Source of the DNA: the human T2T-CHM13v2.0 reference genome, Homo sapiens
Length of the DNA stretch: 64,000 nt
Assembly (NCBI RefSeq): GCF_009914755.1
Contig: NC_060934.1
Reading direction: 5' to 3' (one strand)
Under the pieces are notes generated by a model, which saw only the letters and a program-made list of their open reading frames with translations, did not search any database and had not been told where the DNA came from. Below are positions 10,801-24,200 of the stretch, piece by piece (positions within the stretch are counted from its first letter, which is position 1; every line of letters begins with the position of its first letter). Made by a program: the position numbers and the translations under genes.

Positions 10801-13800
10801 AGGGCACAATTCAAATCCAGTATTTATTTGTTGACTTTGTGTCTTGATGATCTGTTTAGTGCTGTCAGTGGAGTACTGAAGTCCCCCACTATTATTGTGT
10901 TGTTGTCTGTCTGTTTTCTGAGGTCTAGTAGTAATTGTCTTATGCATCTGGGAGTTCCAGAGTTAGGTCATATATACTTAGAATTGTAAAATCTTCTTCT
11001 TGGATTGATTGTTTTATCATTATATAATGACCTTCTTTGTCTCTTTTTTAAATGGTTGTTGCTTTAGTTGTTGCTTTAAAGTCTGTTTTACCTGATAGCT
11101 ACTATTGCTCACTTTTGGTTTCCATTTATGTGGAGTATCTTTTACCTTGTGTCTATAAGAATCCCTTAATTGTTAGGTATGTCTCTTGAAGACAGCAGAT
11201 ATTTGTTTGACCATTTTTTTAAATCCATTCTGCCAATCTGCATCTTTTAAGTGGAGCATTTGGTTCATTTATATTCAACATTAATATTGAGACATGTGGT
11301 ATTGTTCCAGTCATCATGTTGATTGTTACCTAGTTACTTTGTTTTCTTCATTATGGTACTGTTTTATAGGTCCTGTGAGTTTTGTGCTTTCAAGAAGTTC
11401 TATTCTGGTGCATACCGACCTTTGTTTCAAGATTTAGAACTCCTTTTAGCATTTCTTATAGGACTAGTCTGGTAGTGCCAAATTCCCTTAGTATTTGCTT
11501 GTCTGAAATAGGCTTTATTTGTCCTTCATTTATAAATCTTACTTTTGCTGGACGCAAAATTCCTGGCTGAGAAGTTATTCTGTTTAAGGAGGCCAAAGAT
11601 AGAAACCCAATTCCTTGTAGCTTGTAAGGTTTCTGCTGGGAAGTTTGCCGTTAGTCTGATAGGTTTTCTTCTATAACTTACCTGTTTTTGTCTCTCTATT
11701 CTTAGAATTCTTTCCTTCATGTTGAATTTAGATAGCCTGATGACTAGATGCCTTGGTGATGTCTTTTTTTGCAATGAATCTCTTAGGATTTTTTTCAGTT
11801 TGCTGTTTTTGGATGTCTAAACTTCTAGCAAGGGTAGAGCAATTTTCCTCAATTATTCCCCTAAATAAGTTTTTCAAACATTTTGCTTTTTCTTCTCTTT
11901 CAGGAGCACCAAGGTTTGTCCATTTTACATAATCCCATATTTCTTAGAGACTTTGTTCATTTTTTAAAATTCTTTTTTATTTTTGTCTTATTGCATTATT
12001 TCAAAACCCTTGTTTTGAAATTTCCAGCTCTGAAATTCTTTCTTCCTACTTGGTCTAGTCTATTGTTAAAACTTTCCACTGCATTTTGCAATTCCCTAAA
12101 TGTGTCTTTCATTTCTAAAAGTTCTAACTGTTTTTTCTTTAAATCTCTATCGCTTTAGAAAATTTTTCATTCATATTCTGAATTGTTTTCTTAATATCTT
12201 TATGTTGGTTTTCGCCTTTCTCTTTCATCTCCCTGAGTAACTTAATAATCAACCCTTTGAATTCTTTCTCTGGTGTTTCAAAGATTTTATCTTGGTTTAG
12301 ATCCATTGCTGGAGAGCTGGTGTGATATTTTGGGGATGTAATAGAACCATATTTTTCTGGTTTATTTTCATTTAGATAGACTATTTCTTCTAATTATTTT
12401 TAAATTTATTTTTTATTCCATGGTGGAGGTTTTTATTTCTTTTTTTCCTCTTGACGATGTGACTTTAACGTTTATAGTGGATTGTAACCTAATTCAGCTC
12501 TGAGTGCTTTTAGAGGTGAAGACTTCATATGAGTTCCTTGGCTACAGGCAGTTTTTGTATGACGCCTTTCTCAGATGTTGACTGTAGTAGTGATGTGCTT
12601 GGTGTGTAAGCAGGTTCATTGTCTCCTGTGGGGCTTGAATGGCAGAGGTCTCATGGAGCTTTTCTCATTCCCCAGTGGTGTGTATTCATTTATTTATTTA
12701 TTTTTTCCAAGTATTTTATTCACTGGGTTGAGCAGTTTAGGCTTCAGGCCAGTAGGACGTATCCGTGGGTATAAACCAGCTGTGGCTAACGCACGTAGGT
12801 AAATGTAATGCTCAATGGTGGGCAAGGGTGGCAGCCTTGACAGAGGAGGCTGGGGGAGCTCTCAGTGAAATGCACTGAGATCTTTTCAGTGGGAAGGGAA
12901 GGAGCCACCTCAGCTCCCCTGCCAGGCCAGCAGGAAAGCAAGCTATCTTTCAGTCACACTCCTGACCCACAGTGTTCTAGCTATTCAGATCAGACAGGCA
13001 CTTCTTTTCATCTGCAGGAATGCTGATTTTCCATGTAGAGAGGGATTGTGACACTACCTCTTGTGCAAACCTGAACCTGGAGGGCACTCCTGTGGGGATG
13101 CAGTCACCCTGAAGCATTCCAGAAAGGCTGTCTACAGGGGTACTCGCACCCAGCTCCCATGAGAGAAGCCCAAGCTGTGTCTACAGCGGTGGGCAAGAGG
13201 AGAAAAACTCTTGTTCTGCAAGACCCTTCATGAGCACCAGTGCTGTCTTCCTGTTAGGATAGAGCTGCAGACTTTTCCCACTGAGCTCAGCTCTGCACTT
13301 GTGCCTCTGCTGAAGTAAACTTCTTACAAGCATAAAGTTCTGGGACTCAAGGCCTGTCATCTGGATTGTCCCACATCTTTTGTTCCACAGGGTGCTTCCT
13401 TGATGCGGTGAACTCTCCCTACCCCTAACAGTAGGAGTCCCTAAGGGCCAGACTACTGTGAATCCTGCTGCTCCTCTGGGTCTAGCCACCCAGTGGGGCT
13501 GCCACACTCCAGGCTGGTGCTGGGGAATGGCTGCAAGGAATCCAGTGATGTGACCTATCCTCTAGTATTTCAGCAATGGGTTCCAGTACCACTTCTGATG
13601 GGAGTGGCAGGGGAATGATAGACTCTGTGAGATTTCTTTGGTTATAAATATCCTTTCTGTGTTGGCTTTCTCAAATGCCAATTGTAGTGGTGATGAACTG
13701 GTCATGGGGACAGACTCAGGACCTCCTGGTTAGCCAGGGTAACATAGGAAATGGTAATAGCTGAGATCATACAGAAGTTTTCTCCTTCCTGGATGCTGTT

Positions 13801-14970
13801 GTTATGCCTGCAGGTGTTGTCATGGACCGTGTTACTTGTCTTCTAGCCAGGAGGTTGTGTTTGCAAAAGAGCACCAGCCGTGATGGTAGTGGTAGGATTT
13901 GTGCTTGTCTTGTTACTCAGGGGAGGTGCTCTGGTGTCTCAAACAATGGGTGGGGCCATAGATCTCCCCAAAATACCTGTCTTTTGCATTAAACTACCAG
14001 GGTGGGTAGAGGGGCAAAGTTAGGTGGGGGCTGGGTTAGGCAAGTCCACATCAAGCTTGGCCCCTGGGCACAAGCAGCAGCTCCAGTGGGGATTGGATGA
14101 CAGTTTTCTGACCACTGAAGTAATGTTCCAGGGAGGAGTGCAGCCGTCTCTGCTGCACAGAAGAGTCCACATGGGAGTGGGGAGCAGCAGGCAGCAGTGA
14201 GCCCTACCCAGCTCCCACACACTTGGCAAAGCAGGTCTCATACATGCAGTGTTCCACTAGCAGCAGCTAGCTCGGTTCCAGGGAGTCTGCACTCAGAACT
14301 CAAAACTGCCCCAGGCCTTAAGCCTTCCTCAGTGAGACAGAAACCCTGCCCTTCAGGCCACATCCCTACTGGTCCATCTGTGAAGGTGGGGCATCCAGCT
14401 CCTATGCTTATGCATACAGCATACTTCCCATTTACCCCTTGGCCCTAGCCAAAGGGCTTCATCTTCACTTGAGATTATATTGCCAATCTCAGTTGGGAGC
14501 TTCTCTCAACCTGTGACCACCACCTGAGTTAGCTGGAAGACTTCTATGAAGTCTCCTGCGATGTAGGATGAGAAATGGTTTCCCTCTATTCCCACTGGAG
14601 TCTGGGTGTGCATGCAAAGCACCTCCCGATATTGTTCCTTCTCATATACTTCCCTCACTCACTAACTCAGCTCTAGTGCTGGGTAGGGTTAAGGCCTTCC
14701 CCCGTGGCCTGGATTGCCAGGTTCCCCAGTGGGAGTGTACAGGCAGTTTCTGCCTGCTCACACTCTAGGGACTTATGGTTTTCTTCCTGGCTCACAGTGT
14801 AGGCTGCAGCCCACTGTTTCCTTCAAAGGGTCTGTGGTTGTTTTCAGTTTTCCTGTTAAGTTCCTGTGTTGCTTTTTGGAAAAAAAGTTTACAGCATGAA
14901 TCTCTACACATAATTTTGTCTTTCCAAGTGGAAGAGGTGTGCTAACCATGCCTCCAATACACCATCTTGG
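7878..14970 (-). mobile_element. L1PB-like LINE-1: long 5' UTR, ORF1 and most of ORF2 (all disrupted); 3' end and polyA absent
   Basis: ORF fragments 8573-9271 (RT/C-terminal), 10331-10947 (EN end and linker), 11526-11774 (ORF1); 5' end ccaagatgg (minus) at ~14961-14970. Confidence 0.9.
10082..10182. repeat. ~100-bp (TA)n-type AT-only repeat
   Basis: Directly visible; only A/T, interrupted by TT/AA. Confidence 0.95.
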
Positions 14971-15039
14971 AAAAAACAAACAAACTCCAAAACAAACAAA
15001 CAAAAAACCTTATGCTTATTTTATGGATGAAAACAAACT

Positions 15040-15620
15040 TCTCTGTTTGAAAACATTTGCTGGCTTCCCACTGCTTATAGAACAATGTCCACATTCCTTG
15101 GCTTGATGCAGAAGTCTCTATTATTTTCTATTTATTCTCTTGTACCCTTTAGGCTTCCTCTAATTCGGACTCATTCATTCAGCAAATATTTGTTGAGCAC
15201 CCACTGTGGACCAGGCACCATGTTGTGATCAGCATAGAGTGAGGAATCAGAGAACATTCCGTGTCCACTCCACTGCTAACACTCTCTTTTCCAGAAATTC
15301 CCTGGGATTGTGTCTTTTTTCTTTTTTTCCCCTGCCTGCAGTGTCTTCCCTTCATCCTCTCATGAGAAAATGATCACTCATCCCTTATGGCCATCTCCTC
15401 TGAAGTTAACCTTGATTCTTCCTTCCCCATGTATTTCTATTGTAATTATCAAATTGTATCCTGTATTCTAGCCAGTTTTTAAAACTCAAATTAGTCAATA
15501 TACTCAACTATAACCACCCCATCAACAGGGATCATATCTTATTCACCTTTTAATTCTTGCTGCCTGGCAGAGTGCCTGGCATGGTGTAGGAATGAACAGA
15601 GATCATTGGACTGATAGGGG
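15040..15620. mobile_element. L2 fragments (+ strand, with an antisense L2 tail at ~15170-15260)
   Basis: tcattcattcagcaaatatttgttgagcacc (antisense tail); tgcctggcagagtgcctggcatgg (sense tail). Confidence 0.65.
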
Positions 15621-16215
15621 GAATGACAGTCTTTGGCCTCCTGGTCCAGTGATCAACCTCCTCCACATTATTTTCTCTCATTTATAGTGTGTAATGTGTC
15701 CACCAAGTCCAAGAAAACATCCACTGCCAATGATGTGAAAGCCTTAGAATAGCTTGAATAGAAGTCAATCTGTGAGAGTTTCCTCACATTCAGTGAATCA
15801 TTTACTGAGAAACATGGGATTAATTTTACTCTCCATTTTTGTGTGTGTTCATTTGTTAATGTTTATTAGTATTTTATTTACTTATTTTGAGAAGAAATAT
15901 TGGTTATTTTAATTTCTGTTTATGTTTATTTTAAGCTTTCAGCCACTGAGGAGAATGAAAGTAACTTATTTTCTTTCTAGAGAGTAAGTGAATATCACGT
16001 ACAGAATAATTGCTGAAGTGTATTGCTCATGTGGCTGTAAAATGACCTAGCTATTAATGCAGAATGGATCCTTTTCATTTCAAAAACTGTTGATTGAACC
16101 TAATTGATTGTAGTGCTAGCAAAATATATGAATACTAATTACCATGAATGCTATCATTTAAAAAGGTGAGGTATTTATTTCTGTTTCAGTCTTGCATTGA
16201 GCAAAGGTATGTATT

Positions 16216-16655
16216 TGTATTAGTCAGTTTTCTATTGCTATAACAGGATACCGCAGAATGATTAATTTATGAAGAACAGACATTTACTCTGTGTATGAGT
16301 CTAGAGGCTGGGATGTCCAAGAGTGTGGTGCTGGAATCTGCTGAGGGCTTTCTTGCTCCATTATAATATGGCAGAAAGGCAAGTGACTACATAAGACAGA
16401 AAGAAAGAGAGGGAGGGGCCAAAATCATCATTTTTATCCTTTTTATTTTGTTTGTTATCTTAGGAGTATTTTTAGCAGGTTACTACTCCTAAGATAACAA
16501 ACACACTACCTTAGAAAGCTACTCCTAAGATGACAAACATACTGCCATACAATGGCATTAATCTATTGACCTCTTAAAGGCCCCACCTCTCAACAGTGTT
16601 ACAATGGCAATTAAATTTCAACCTGAGGTTTGGAGGAAAGATTCAAGCCGTAGCA
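16216..16655 (-). mobile_element. MSTC/MSTD-like MaLR solo LTR
   Basis: tgtattagtcagttttctattgctataac...cttaaaggccccacctctcaac...ccgtagca. Confidence 0.8.
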
Positions 16656-16959
16656 GCCTTCCTGTTGGGTTTTTCCTTGAAAAAACCGTGGTTGAAAATT
16701 TACTTTCAGATGTTATTTCAACTGTGAATTACATGGAAGCTTCTTTACTTGCACATATTTAGAATTTTGGGGATTGAAGCTTAAAACTAAAATCATATCT
16801 ATATCTATATATCTCTGTATCTATTAATATCTATCTATCACCTTTTCTAAAAGAATAAGAAGCAGTAGGATGTGTCCTGTTTATTTTAGGCTATAGTGTA
16901 TGGTTGAATTTGTTCACCAAGTTTTGTTTTATAATCTAGAATTTTGATATAACTCAATG

Positions 16960-17210
16960 TTTCTAATTTTTGAGAAATTACAGAAAATGGAATAGATTTC
17001 AAAATAGTGGAGCAAATTTCTGGGCAAACTTGATTCTTTCACAAAGGAAAAAGGAGAATGAAGTCTGCACACCACAGACTGGTGTCCTTGAGACTAATAT
17101 TGGGAAAGACTGTAGAATAAATTACTGAAAGATAATTACTAAATATTTAGCTAAAGAAAGTGTATTCGCTAAAAGATAATAATAAATTTGTAAAACTCAT
17201 GATTGTCCAA
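16960..17210 (+). mobile_element. L3/CR1 LINE fragment (RT N-terminal region), very degraded
   Basis: ttcacaaaggaaaaaggag...accacagactggtgtccttg...gggaaagactgtagaataaatta resembles the CR1 'IFKKG..NYRPVSL..GKILE.II' coding segment. Confidence 0.45.
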
Positions 17211-17214
17211 GTAT

Positions 17215-18048
17215 TTCACTGTACTGTATCATAGAGTATCTTTACTCTTAAGGTTATGTCTATTGTTCCTATAAGATAGAAATACTGTATAATAGTATGC
17301 TACTGCCATGCTTTCCTTCTCAATGCTGTGTTCATTAAGTCAACTTGGCAGCTTGAAATTGGTCTTGGTGGGAATATTTATACCAGGAAAATCAGCAAAT
17401 GCTATAAGTCAGATCTGGATTTTTTTGTTGTTGACTGTCTAGACTTAAGAAAGTGATGAAGCAAATGTAAATAATACAAATAGACACAATAGTATGTTGT
17501 GTCTATAGCCATTACACTGTGAATAGCATATAACATTAAGAAAATATTTTTGCAGTATTTGAAAACTGTTTTCCAATTCAGCAAATAAATCATTCACATC
17601 ATTGACAGATAAACAAAGTTCCAACATAGGTCCCTGCTGTTTTGCTTTTGTCCTTACTTGTTAACATGAATGAAAGTATCAACCAAAATTCATGTCATAA
17701 ATAAGCTCATTCATTGTTTGCAACTATAGGTTGAATACAGATACAAGATTCAGCAAAAATCGGCAAAAGCATTCTGTGAGAATCAATTTCTACATGAAAT
17801 TTACAATAAAGAGAGTGGTGTATTTTATTATTATTTGTAAATTTTGAGTTATAATTCTTTATATCAGTAAAATTTGTAATAAGCTTTTATCAATACAATT
17901 TTGTGTGTATGTATATATGTGTGTGTGTATATATATGTGTGTACATGTGTGTATATATATACATATGTACATATCTATACATACATATACATGTATATAC
18001 ATATACATATATATACATGTGTATATATATACACACACACACATATAT

Positions 18049-18092
<44 letters not shown>

Positions 18093-18150
18093 TTTTTTTT
18101 TTTCCCCTCCCTCAAATGACTGGTTGTTAAACATTTACCAACACACCGTG
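17215..18150. mobile_element. MER63C/D-like hAT DNA transposon (one end missing)
   Basis: gcttgaaattggtcttggtgggaatattta, tgtctagacttaagaaagtgatg, terminus ggttgttaaacatttaccaacacacc. Confidence 0.8.
17902..18092. repeat. Compound (TG)/(TA)/(CA) microsatellite
   Basis: Directly visible ~190-bp purine-pyrimidine alternation; source of the spurious ORFs at 17859-18175. Confidence 0.95.
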
Positions 18151-18899
18151 GCCTAAACTTATCCCTAAATCCCATCCTGCTTATTTTCTCCTGTTGAGAT
18201 ACTGAGTACTATTCCCTCAATTATTCTTTCTTTGATTTCCTATGTAATGTGTAGAATGTCCCATTATATTTGGGCATGTATTTCTCTTCTATAATACTTA
18301 ACTTTGAGTTTCAGTCACTGGTCATCCTATTGGCAACTCTCTGGGAAAACATGTCTTCTCCCTCTCTTTGTGACATGCATTATGGCCTTAGCTTATAGCC
18401 CATTATTCTATCATCAGGTCCTGAAAATGGAAATTGATTTTACAGCACATCTTGTAGCCATTTGTTCACTTCCCACTTTTTCCTTTCTCATCCAAATTAC
18501 AACTCTCAACTCTAATGATGTTGAAATATATGAAGTCCCACTTAAGCTTGCAAGTCCTCCAGCTTCCCTCCATGGACTTCATAGTCCTGGGAGATGTTTT
18601 CTAGGCCTCTATGGCAGAATTCGCAGTCTCCACATGTCAGCAGAAGCAGGGAGAAGGTAACTGTCATGGCCTCCATATTCTCCATAGATGGGTCTGCTAC
18701 TAGGAGGACATGTCAGGCTTATGAGAATCAAATCTCTGTTATGCCAAGGAAGTTGACATTGAAGACTGAGTGCTTTTTACTGCAGGCCAAGAAACAGGCT
18801 TCTTGGAGCTTTCAAGAACTACTCTTCTTGTTATAGGAGGTAAAAATAACCACTTCTCTGATAAGTGACAATTCTTCCTGTGTACCTGTGAAGAAACTG

Positions 18900-19280
18900 C
18901 CTCAGACTATTGTAAGGCCTTATTGCTCCAGTCTCCTCTCATCATCATCTTCTTGGTCATTTTCTTCCACGCACTAGTGTCTCCTCAGGCTTCTTGTTGT
19001 CATCACCTTCTTGGTTATTTGAGGTTTCAGCTTAGAGGTCTCCTCCAAGAAGCCTTCCCTGCGTGGTAGGGCTCCTAGGTACCCCTGCAGCACTCTGCAC
19101 TCTGACTGCAGAAGTGGTGGCATTGCTACATAACTGCCTTACTTCTAAACTGTTTCTCACACTGCTCTGTGAGAACAGAGACCATGTCTCTTTTCTCTAT
19201 GACTTTATCTTCAGCCCCAGTGTAGTGCCTAATAAAAGGCAGGCACTCAATATATGTGCACTGAATGAAGCAATGAATAA
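18900..19280 (+). mobile_element. L2 3' fragment
   Basis: gtagtgcctaataaaaggcaggcactcaatatatgtgcactgaatgaa tail. Confidence 0.65.
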
Positions 19281-20626
19281 ACCATTGAGTGTTTTCTTTC
19301 ACATATTATTTCCTTCATTTTCTCTTTAGCTCCTCATTGTGAATATAAATAGAGAGCCCTCCACTTCTTATGCAGGAAGAGGAACCATTATGCAGGGAGA
19401 CCACTCATATTTGACACATATAGCAGTAATTGCTTATGGAAAAAATTCAAGTGCAACACAGTTCCACCATTTTGTCATCTTATTTTAATGTAAGAACAGA
19501 GCCTCTTGGAAAGAAGAGATTCATATAAAAATCTGGCATCTATTTTCCAGATGCTGGAGACAAAGCCTTCATATAGCCTTAGTTTAGCTTTTTATATACC
19601 AAAAAAGTTATTTTATCATCTGGTTTGGATGCTGACCAGTGATGATTACTGGGTTGGAAACAGCTTACTATACTTAGCCATCTATCAATAAATGCAATCA
19701 CCAGCTGTGATAAATTAGGATTATAGAAGACTTAGGTGAGAATTTCAAAAAATGGTTCCTATTTCTGTATCTTTGCTGTACTTTAATCACCTGGCTTTGT
19801 GGCTGACAATTGGACATTACAAACCATTTGCCCTAATCTAAAAGCAATAATTTCTCAAATATGGGGAACACTTATATCAGAATATCTTGGGACTCTTATG
19901 ATAGTGGGGATTTCTGTCTCTGTCTCAGAAATCCTAACTCAGAATCTTGGAAACACAGCTTAGGAATCCGCATTTTAAGTAAGCCTGTGTAACAGAAACT
20001 GTCAGTGCTCCATCCAGATCCTCACGAATCCTATTAACTGCTTCTGTGTCTGACCCCTGACTTTTTGATATGCTTTTACAATGGACTCTACCTGTCACTT
20101 GTCTTCAGCATGAGGGTCAAGGTTGGGAGGAATGTCTGGGAGTTTATCAGCTTCCCATCTCCCTTTTGGCCAACACTAACTGGTGCTGAAGTTTGAAAGC
20201 CCTCACCTTAAATAGGAGAAAATATCTGAGGCATAACTTATACTCTAGATATTCCTAAAGGATCAGGCTGAAGATACTCCTATGCCACTTTGCCCAAATC
20301 ATATCCTTGCTTGTCAGATTTCTTAGAGACAAAGGCTAATGCTGAGATTTTTGTTCAAGTGATTTGTTGAGGGAGTTCTCTCAGGATGTGGTTTTGATTG
20401 GAGACTTGCGTCAGCCTGGCTCTATGATAGAACTCGGGAGGATGAATAACCCCATAGAGTTGGTCTCGGCTCAGTCAGTCATTGCTCATTGTTAGTTGGG
20501 GGACAGGCCTGGGCTGCGGAGTGAGGCATATCTTCTTAGGTGAGATTGCTTCCATTAGATTGAGGGCAGCTAACACTCAAACACACTCACAGCAGCTGGC
20601 TTGTGAAGCAGAACTGAGTGGGCCAC

Positions 20627-20998
20627 TGTGGGTTAATTTTATCTGTCAAGTTGGCTAGGCTATGATGCCCAGATATTTGGTCAAACACCAGTCTTTGCAG
20701 TGATGTTGCTGCAAAGGTAGTTTTTAGTTGTGATTAATCAGTGAACTTTGAATAAAGCAGATTATCCTTCACAATGTGAATCAGCCTCATCCAGTCAGTT
20801 GAAGGCCTTAAGTGAAAATACCAAGGTCTTCTGAGGAAGAAGGAATTCTGCCTCTGGACTGTCTTCAGACTTGAGATGGAAACATCAGCTCTTCTCTGGG
20901 TCTTTAGCCTGCTAGCATGCCCTAAGAATTTTGGATTTGCTAGGCCAACAATCTCGTGAGCGAATTCCTTAAAACTAATCCCTCTCTCACTCTTTGTG

Positions 20999-21075
<77 letters not shown>

Positions 21076-21121
21076 CACACCCTGTTGGTTCTGTTCCTGT
21101 TGAAGAACCCTGAGTGATACA
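20627..21121 (+). mobile_element. MLT2C/D-like solo LTR
   Basis: TG...CA ends; perfect 5-bp TSD GCCAC (20622-20626 / 21122-21126). Confidence 0.9.
21003..21074. repeat. (CA)n microsatellite, ~28 pure units plus tail
   Basis: Directly visible. Confidence 0.95.
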
Positions 21122-21295
21122 GCCACTAACAGCATCTACTACACTTAATTTTTTTCCTCTTCCATATCCTATTTTTCCACTCCTTTACTAGTTCATCCTA
21201 GAAGTATTTCTTTAATAAATTACTTGCATGTAAATCCTTGTTTCAGGGTATGTCTCTAGAAAACCTGACCCAGGAAAGCATGCTTAGTAATTCTT

Positions 21296-24200
21296 TTTTT
21301 TTTTTAAGTTTATTTTAAGTTCAGAGGTACATGTGCAGGTTTGTAATATAGGTAAACTTGTGTCATAAGGGTTTGTTGTACAGATTTCATCACCCAGGGA
21401 TTAAACCTAGTATCTATTAGTTATTTTTCCTAATTCTCTCCTTCATCCTACCCTCCACCCTCTGATAGGTCCCAGTATCTGCTGTTCCCCTCTATGTGTC
21501 CATGTGTTCTCATAATTTAGCTCCCACTTGTAAGTGAGAACATGCAGTATTTGGTTTTCTGTTCCTGTGTTAGTTTGCTAAGGATAATGTTCTCCAGTTC
21601 CATACATATCCCTGCAAAGAACATGATCTTGTTCTTTTTTATGGTTGCATTGTATTCTATGGTGCATATATACCACATTTTCTTTTTCCAGTCTACCATT
21701 GATGGGTATTTAGGTTGATTACATGTCTTTGCTGTTGTGAATAGTGCTGCAATGAACATATGTGTGCATGCGTCTTTATGACAGAATGATTTATATTCCT
21801 TTGGGTATATACCCAGTAATGGGATTCCTGGGTAAAATGGTAGCTCTATTTTTAGCTCTTTGAGGAATTGCCACACTGTTTTCCACAATGGTTGAATAAA
21901 TTTACATTCCCACCAACAGTGTTATAAGCATTCCTTTTTCTCTGCAACCTTGCCAGTACCTATTATTTTCTGACCTTTTAATAATAGCTATTTGCTATTT
22001 GGACTGGTGTGAGATGGTATCTCATTGTGGTTTTGATTTGCATTTCTCTAATGACTAGTGATGTTGAGCTTTTTTTCACATGCTTGTTAGCTACATGTAT
22101 GTCTTCTTTTAAAAAATGTCAGTTCATGTCCTTTGCCCATTTTTTAATGGGATTTTTTTTCTTATAAATTTGTTTAAGTTCCCTTTAGAGGCTGGATATT
22201 ATACCTTCGTCAGATGAATAGCTTGCAAAAAATTTTCTCCCATCCTGTAGTTTGCCTGTTTACTCTGTTGATAGTTTATTTTGATGTCAGAAGCTCTTTA
22301 GTTTAATTAGATCCCATTTGTCAATTTTTGCTTTTGTTGCGACTGCTTTTAGCATCTTCATCATGAAATCTTTGCCCGTTCCTGTGTCCAGAATGTTATT
22401 GCCTAGGTTGTCTTCCAGGGTTTTTATAGTTTTGTGTTTTACATTTAAGTCTTCAATTCATCCTGAGTTCATTTTTGTATATGGCATAAGGAAGGGGTCC
22501 AGTTTCAATCTTCTGCCTATGTCTAGCCTGTTATCCCAGCACCATTTTATCAAATAGGGAGTACTTTCCTCATTGCTTGTTTTTGTCAGCTTTGTCAAAG
22601 ATCAGATGGTTATAGGTGTGTGGCCTTATTTATGGGCTCTATATTCTGTTACACTCCTCAATGTGTCTGTTTTTGTACCAGTACCATGCTGCTTTGGTTA
22701 CTGTGATCCTGTAGTATAGTTTAAAGTCACATAGCATGATGCTTCCAGCTTTGTTCTTTTTGCTTAGGATTGCTTTGGCTATTTGGGCACTTTTTGGTTC
22801 CACATGAATTTAAAAATAGTTTCTTTTCCTAGTTCTGTGAAGAATATCATTGGTAGTTTGATAGGAATGGCATTGAATCTGTAGGTTGCTTTGGGCAGTA
22901 TGATCATTTTGACAATATTGATTCTTCCTATCCATGAGCATGGAATATTTTTCCATTTGTTTGTGTCATTTCTGATTTATTTGAACAGTGTTTTGCAGTT
23001 CTCATTGTAGAGATCTTTCACCTCCTTGGTTAGCTGTATTCCTAGGTATTTCATTCTTTTGTGGCAATTGTGAATGAGATTGCATTCTTGATTTGGCTCT
23101 CAGTTTGACTGTTGTTGGTATATACGAATGCTAACGATTTTTGCACATTGATTTTGTATTCTGAAACTTTGCTGAAGGTTATTAGCTTAGAAGCTGTTGG
23201 GCTGAGACGATGGGTTTTCCTGGATATAGGATCATGTCATCTGCAAACAGTGACAGTTTGATTTCCTTGTTTCCTATTTGGATGTCCTTTATTTCTTTCT
23301 CTTGCCTGATTTCTCTGGCCAGGACTTCCAGTACTATGTTGAATAGGAGTTGTGAGAAAGGGCATACTCATATTGTGCCAGTTTTCAAAGGGAATGCTTC
23401 CAGCTTTTTCCCATTCAGTATGATGTTGGCTGTGGGTTTGTCAGAGATGACTTTTATTATTTTGAGGTATGTTCCTTCAATATCTAGTTTATTGAGAGTT
23501 TTTAATGTGAAATGGTGTTGAATTTTATCAAAAGCCTCTGCATGTTTTGAGATAATCATGTGATTTTTGTTTTTAGTTTTATTTAAATGATGATTCACCT
23601 TTATTGACCTGCATAGGTTGAACCAACCTTATATCCCAGGGATAAAGCCTATTTGACTATGATAAATTTTTAGATGTGCTGCCGCATTTGATTTGCCAGT
23701 ATTTTGTTGAGGATTTTTGCATCTACCTTTCTCAAGAGTATTGGCATGAAGTTTTCTTTTTGTGTGTGTCTCTGCCAGGTTTTGGTATCAGGATGATGCT
23801 GGCCTCATAGAATGAGTAGGGAGGAGTTCCCCACTCCTCAATATTTTGGAGTAGTCTCAGTAGGAATGGTCCCATCTCTTTGTACATCTTGGTGCATTGG
23901 TAGGTTATTTATTACTGATTCAATTTTGGAGCCCATTATTGGCCTGTTTTGGGATTCAATTTCTTTCTGGCTCAGTCTTGGGAGAGTGTACGTGTTTAGG
24001 AATTTATCAGTTTCATCTAGATCTTCTAGTTTGTGTGCTTAGAGGTGTTCATAATAGACTCTGATGGTTATTTGTATTTCTGTGTAGTCAGTGGCAATAT
24101 CCCCTTTGTCATTTCTAATTGTGTCTATTTGGATCTTCTCTCTTTTCTTCTTTATTAGTCTAGCTAGTGGTCTATCTATTTTATTAGTTTTTTAAAGAAA

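Larger units (their letters stand above)
20312..21143 (-). mobile_element. Second LTR16-like LTR, antisense, nested in the first
   Basis: caagtgatttgttgagggagttctctcagg; ends aacagcatctactaca (= TGTAGTAGATGCTG start). Confidence 0.65.
19986..21277 (+). mobile_element. LTR16(C)-like ERVL LTR, split into 19986-20311 and 21144-21277
   Basis: 3' part ttaataaattacttgcatgtaaatccttgtttcagggtatgtctctagaaaacctgacc. Confidence 0.7.

Noticed and set aside
17402-17627. Peptides faintly like a hAT transposase dimerisation domain
   Set aside because: The DNA matches the non-coding MER63 body; motif similarity is weak and needs frame switches
17859-18175. Six overlapping ORFs rich in C/V/Y/I/H/T
   Set aside because: Translations of the TG/TA/CA microsatellite
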